NCBI GenBank assembly: GCA_015680685.1
Contig: MNCI01001321.1
Coordinates: 160,062-224,061 of the forward strand
DNA from: Gnetum montanum
Lineage: Eukaryota > Plantae > Gnetophyta
Direction: 5' to 3'
Length of the DNA stretch: 64,000 nucleotides
Positions within the stretch are counted from its first letter, which is position 1. Every line of letters starts with the position of its first letter. This document shows, one piece after another, positions 60,860-64,000 of this stretch. Under the pieces are notes generated by a model. It ran no database searches. It was not told the DNA's origin and was given only the letters and a program-made list of their open reading frames with translations. A program made the position numbers and the translations under genes.

Positions 60860-63800
60860 GTCAACAAGCTGCATGTGGTAGGTCTTTAGATAGGAATGAT
60901 TTACTAGATTGGCCAACTCACTTCCATCCATATCTGCTATCTTGAAGCCTCTATTACCATAGGCCTTAGTGACCAAGAAAGGCCCTTCCCAGTTGACTAA
61001 GAATTTTTATGCATGTTTGTGGATAGCCTTGAGGACTAGGTCTCCTTCCTTGATCTTATGCTTGCTCAGGTTATGATGGTATTGCAATTTTTGCCTCTTC
61101 TGTGATGTGAGCAAGTTTTCATACCTATTGCTTCTCCATCAAGTCTAGGTCCATGGTATGCAACTCCTTGTTCTATTCATCATTGATGAAGTTGGATAAG
61201 GATACTCAAAGCAATGGCACCTGCAATTCAAGAGGTAAAACAACTTAAAAATCATAAAACAATCTATATAGGGTTACATTGGTTGCAATTTGAAATATGG
61301 TTCTATAGGCCTAAAGTGCATAGACAAGTTGCTCATGCCACTTATGTTTGCTATTTTTCAACGTCTTCTTGAGCAAGTTTGTGATAGCCTTATTACTTGC
61401 TTTAACTTGTCCATTGGCTTAAGGGTAATACAGTGATGAGAAGGAGTTCTTAATGCCTAGGCCATGACAAAAGTTTTTCATTTCTTACCTACTAAACTGT
61501 GGTCCATTATCTATGACTATGGTCATAGGTATACCAAAATGGGCTACTATGTTATCTAGTATGAATTTACAAACTTGTTGAGATGTTTTCTTCATTAGGG
61601 GAATAGCTTCAACTCACTTTGTAAAGTATTGGGTTGTAGTGATGCTAAAGCTATGCCCTACAAAAGACTTATGTGTTATGAATCCAATGATATCCAACCA
61701 CCACTGTTAAAATGACCAAGCTATCTACATAGTATGTAACTTAGTTGGAGATACATGTATAATATTGCTATGTCGTTGGCAAATGTTACATGTTTTAGCC
61801 TTTTGTAGGTAGTCATTTTTCATATCGGACTAGTAATAACCTAACCATATAATCTTTGTAGACATGGCTCTAGGTCCTATATGTCCCCCACATACATCCT
61901 TGTTAACCTAATCTAGGACTATGTGGGTTTCGATTTTACCCAAGCACACTAACAATATGCCATCATGCGATCATCTTCATAATGTGTTATCATCTACTAT
62001 GACATATTGTTTTGATCATTTATGTACAATTTCCTTTTGAGTAGTAGTCAAGCTTTGTGAAGATTCACCAAGCATAAGGTAAAACTTGATATTGTCATAC
62101 CACTCCTTTGGAGGGGTGGTATGAACTACTACTACAAGGGTATCCTCAATGCTTTGGATGATGGAAATAGCATAGTTCATGGTTAAGGAAGACAACTTGC
62201 TAAACACATCTAGCATTACAATGAGGGCTAATGTTGTAATGGCATCAACTATGATGTTCTCAATTTAGGATACATGTTGTATATCAATGTCTATAAATTG
62301 TTGCATTAGTTTCTTTCCTAGGTCACATCAAGATTGCAAGTGTTTGGCTTTACATGTGTAAGCATTGGTTACGTAGTTGACCATAAGTTGTGAATAACCT
62401 TTGATCATTAAGCATTTGATTCCTTACTCACAAGCTACCATCATTCACCTAATCAAACCCTCATACTTCACTATATTGTTAGTACATAGAAATTCAAAAT
62501 GATAGGAAAAGGATTAGATTTCACTAGATGGGAATGTTATAATGGTAGGGAACTAGCCCCATGGGCAGTCAAAGCTTTATCAAAGTGCATGATCACCTCA
62601 TAGCGCTCAAGCACTTCACTAATGATGTTAACATGTTCATCAAGGAATTTGGGGTCTATCAGTGCATGATCATCGACTGGTGAGATAGTGAGTTATGCAG
62701 CTATAGCTTGACCTTTTGTTGATGCTTGGAAGATATAATGAAGGTTAAGCTTCACTGTTATGGCTTTCCAATGGGGTATATGGCTACTTTCGCAAATATT
62801 GGTTGTTATGGCTCTAAGCATGTTATTTTTGTAAATAATGTTAACTTGGCTTCTAAAGAGGTAGTATCTCCACTTCTTTAATGAGAAGACTAGGGCTAGA
62901 TAATAATTCTCTACTTTGGTGTATTGAGTCGCATGGGCAATAAATGCATGGCTAAGATAGTATACTTACATCATCTTATTTTTGATAGAGTAGAGATGTA
63001 ATGGATGCATCAAAGATAGCAAGGTAGATGTAAAAGGATTTTTCCTTTTGCAGTGGATAGACCATTAGTAGTTGTGTCAACTATTGCTTAAGGTTTTCAA
63101 AGGCTTCTTGGCATTGAGCCATCCACTCATATTGAACTCCTTTCTTAAGAAAGTTTTGCATGAGTTGTAACTTTCCATAAGCCTAGAAATAAACCTATGA
63201 ATAAATTACAATCTACCTTGAGGGCCCTAAAGCTTCTTAAAGTTAACAGGTGCTACTAAGTTGGATATGGCTTTAACCTTATCAGGATCAACATGTATCC
63301 TTGATTTGGATACAATAAAGCCAAGCATCTTATTGATTTTAACACAAAAGACATACTTTTTGGGATTAATCCTCAGCTCATACTGGAGGCATCATTTAAG
63401 TACAAGGTCAAGGTCATGTGCATGGTCATTGACCACTTTGAACTTAATAGCTATATTATCTACATCATTGTTGATCAAACCTAGCATATAACTACTAAAG
63501 ATATATGTCATACCTCTTTGGTAGGTTGCTCTTGCATTCTTTAGGACAACGAACATCATTCTATAATAAAAGGTACACCAAGGGGTCATGAAGGTCATAC
63601 TGAGTTGATGCTCTAGGTTAATCCTAATTTAATTATATCCTAAGAACACATCCATAAAGGATAATAAGGCATGCTTAACCATGGTATTGATAAGTTGATC
63701 AATACTAGGCAAAGGGAAATTGTCTTTTATATTTGCCTTATTTAGGTCTTAAAAATCAATGAAAATGTGTATACTCCTATTTTTCTTAGGGACTACCACT

Positions 63801-64000
63801 ATGTTGAATGCCCATTCTATGTAATCAAAAGCTCTAATGAAACTAGCTTGATATAATTTTGTGATTTCATCACAAATTTCTAGGGCCAAATTAGGTTTAA
63901 TCTTACAGACTTTTTGTTTAACTAGTTTGATGCTAGGATCAAGTATAATATTATGTTGGACTAAACATGGGTCTAGACCTGGCATATCCTCATATGGCAA
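60860..64000 (-). pseudogene. Tat pol: RT (~63250-64000), RNase H (~62800-63100), archaeal-type RNase H (~62200-62600), integrase (~60900-61900)
   Basis: 'YEDMPGLDP..VQH', 'LKNARATYQR', 'VDNIAIK', aRH 'MHFDKA...FLCTNNIVKYEGL', integrase 'DNGPQF'; many stops. Confidence 0.88.

Larger units (their letters stand above)
58424..64000 (-). mobile_element. pol-encoding Tat/Ogre-type Gypsy (Tat-C), 3' part; continues beyond the right edge
   Basis: RT, RH, aRH and INT on minus, PPT AAAGAGGGGCCAA (59881-59893), and a 3' LTR beginning TGAAACACC at 59880. Left end approximate. Confidence 0.85.

Overview
Repeat-dense land-plant DNA, probably from a non-seed plant such as a fern or lycophyte (an inference from the LINE RT style and element families), with three N gaps. 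Most of the window is a nest of decayed retroelements. A Sirevirus-like Copia (17413-41557, minus) carries an Athila-like Gypsy in its pol, an L1-type LINE with a 15-bp TSD in its 5' LTR, and another Athila-like LTR in its 3' LTR. Further Athila-like elements occupy 1-4281 and 56821-58423, and a pol-encoding Tat/Ogre-type Gypsy (RT-RH-aRH-INT) occupies 58424-64000. The main finding is two diverged copies (4282-15500 and ~45750-56820) of a non-autonomous Tat-like family that keeps gag-protease, lacks pol, and carries an antisense gene of at least 8 exons (~1,100 aa). Its introns sit at the same positions in both copies, and its N-terminus is an FCP1/NIF-type HAD (pseudo)phosphatase domain followed by a plant-transposon-like domain, acidic repeats and a coiled coil. 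One host gene missed by the ORF track lies at 43576-44605 (minus): a 5-exon, 146-aa divergent euAP2-like protein with only AP2 repeat 1 plus linker. All alignments and translations were done by eye, and boundaries marked approximate are uncertain.
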